Below are positions 14,761 through 14,810 of a stretch of 14,810 nucleotides of DNA, piece by piece. This stretch comes from an uncultured Gammaproteobacteria bacterium (lineage in GTDB: Bacteria; Patescibacteriota; Patescibacteriia; UBA2591; UBA6264), in the NCBI GenBank assembly GCA_964617525.1, contig CAZTWG010000008.1, forward strand, positions 1 to 14,810, given 5' to 3'. Every line of letters starts with the position of its first letter. Position 1 is the first letter of the stretch. Under the pieces are notes generated by a model that saw only the letters and a program-made list of their open reading frames with translations, was not told the origin of the DNA and did no database searches. The translations under genes were made by a program, and so were the position numbers.

Positions 14761-14810
14761 AAAATTGTTCAAACTATAAAGTAAAAATTATTTTGAGCAT
14801 TTCGCCTAAC

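Noticed and set aside
1-14810. Search for CRISPR repeats, tRNA/rRNA genes, IS inverted repeats, integrase or transposase genes
   Set aside because: I saw no periodic direct repeats, cloverleaf-compatible segments, rRNA-like conserved blocks or transposase/integrase-like ORFs on either strand.

Overview
This is an AT-rich bacterial chromosomal segment. It probably comes from an uncultivated low-GC lineage, but I cannot assign taxonomy from sequence alone. The left ~11 kb looks like ordinary backbone. It holds a dnaG primase (its 3' end runs off the left edge, and it is absent from the ORF track), a small XRE regulator, and an Hsp20 chaperone with its own terminator. It also holds a co-directional marR / membrane-fusion adaptor / RND pump / phasin-like / UbiB(ABC1) kinase cluster. 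The right ~3.5 kb is entirely minus-strand and, by rough hand counts, more GC-rich. It contains a transglutaminase-like Cys-His-Asp orphan protein and an ArsR-family regulator whose frame is broken by two in-frame TAA codons. It also contains a TDT/TehA-family transporter carrying the only strong Shine-Dalgarno in the window, a minimal kinase-like orphan protein, and a 62-aa membrane protein. Two intergenic regions hold runs of short perfect hairpins, most with 3-nt loops. I found no rRNA, tRNA, CRISPR array, transposase or integrase. All functional calls come from motif recognition by eye; no database search was possible.
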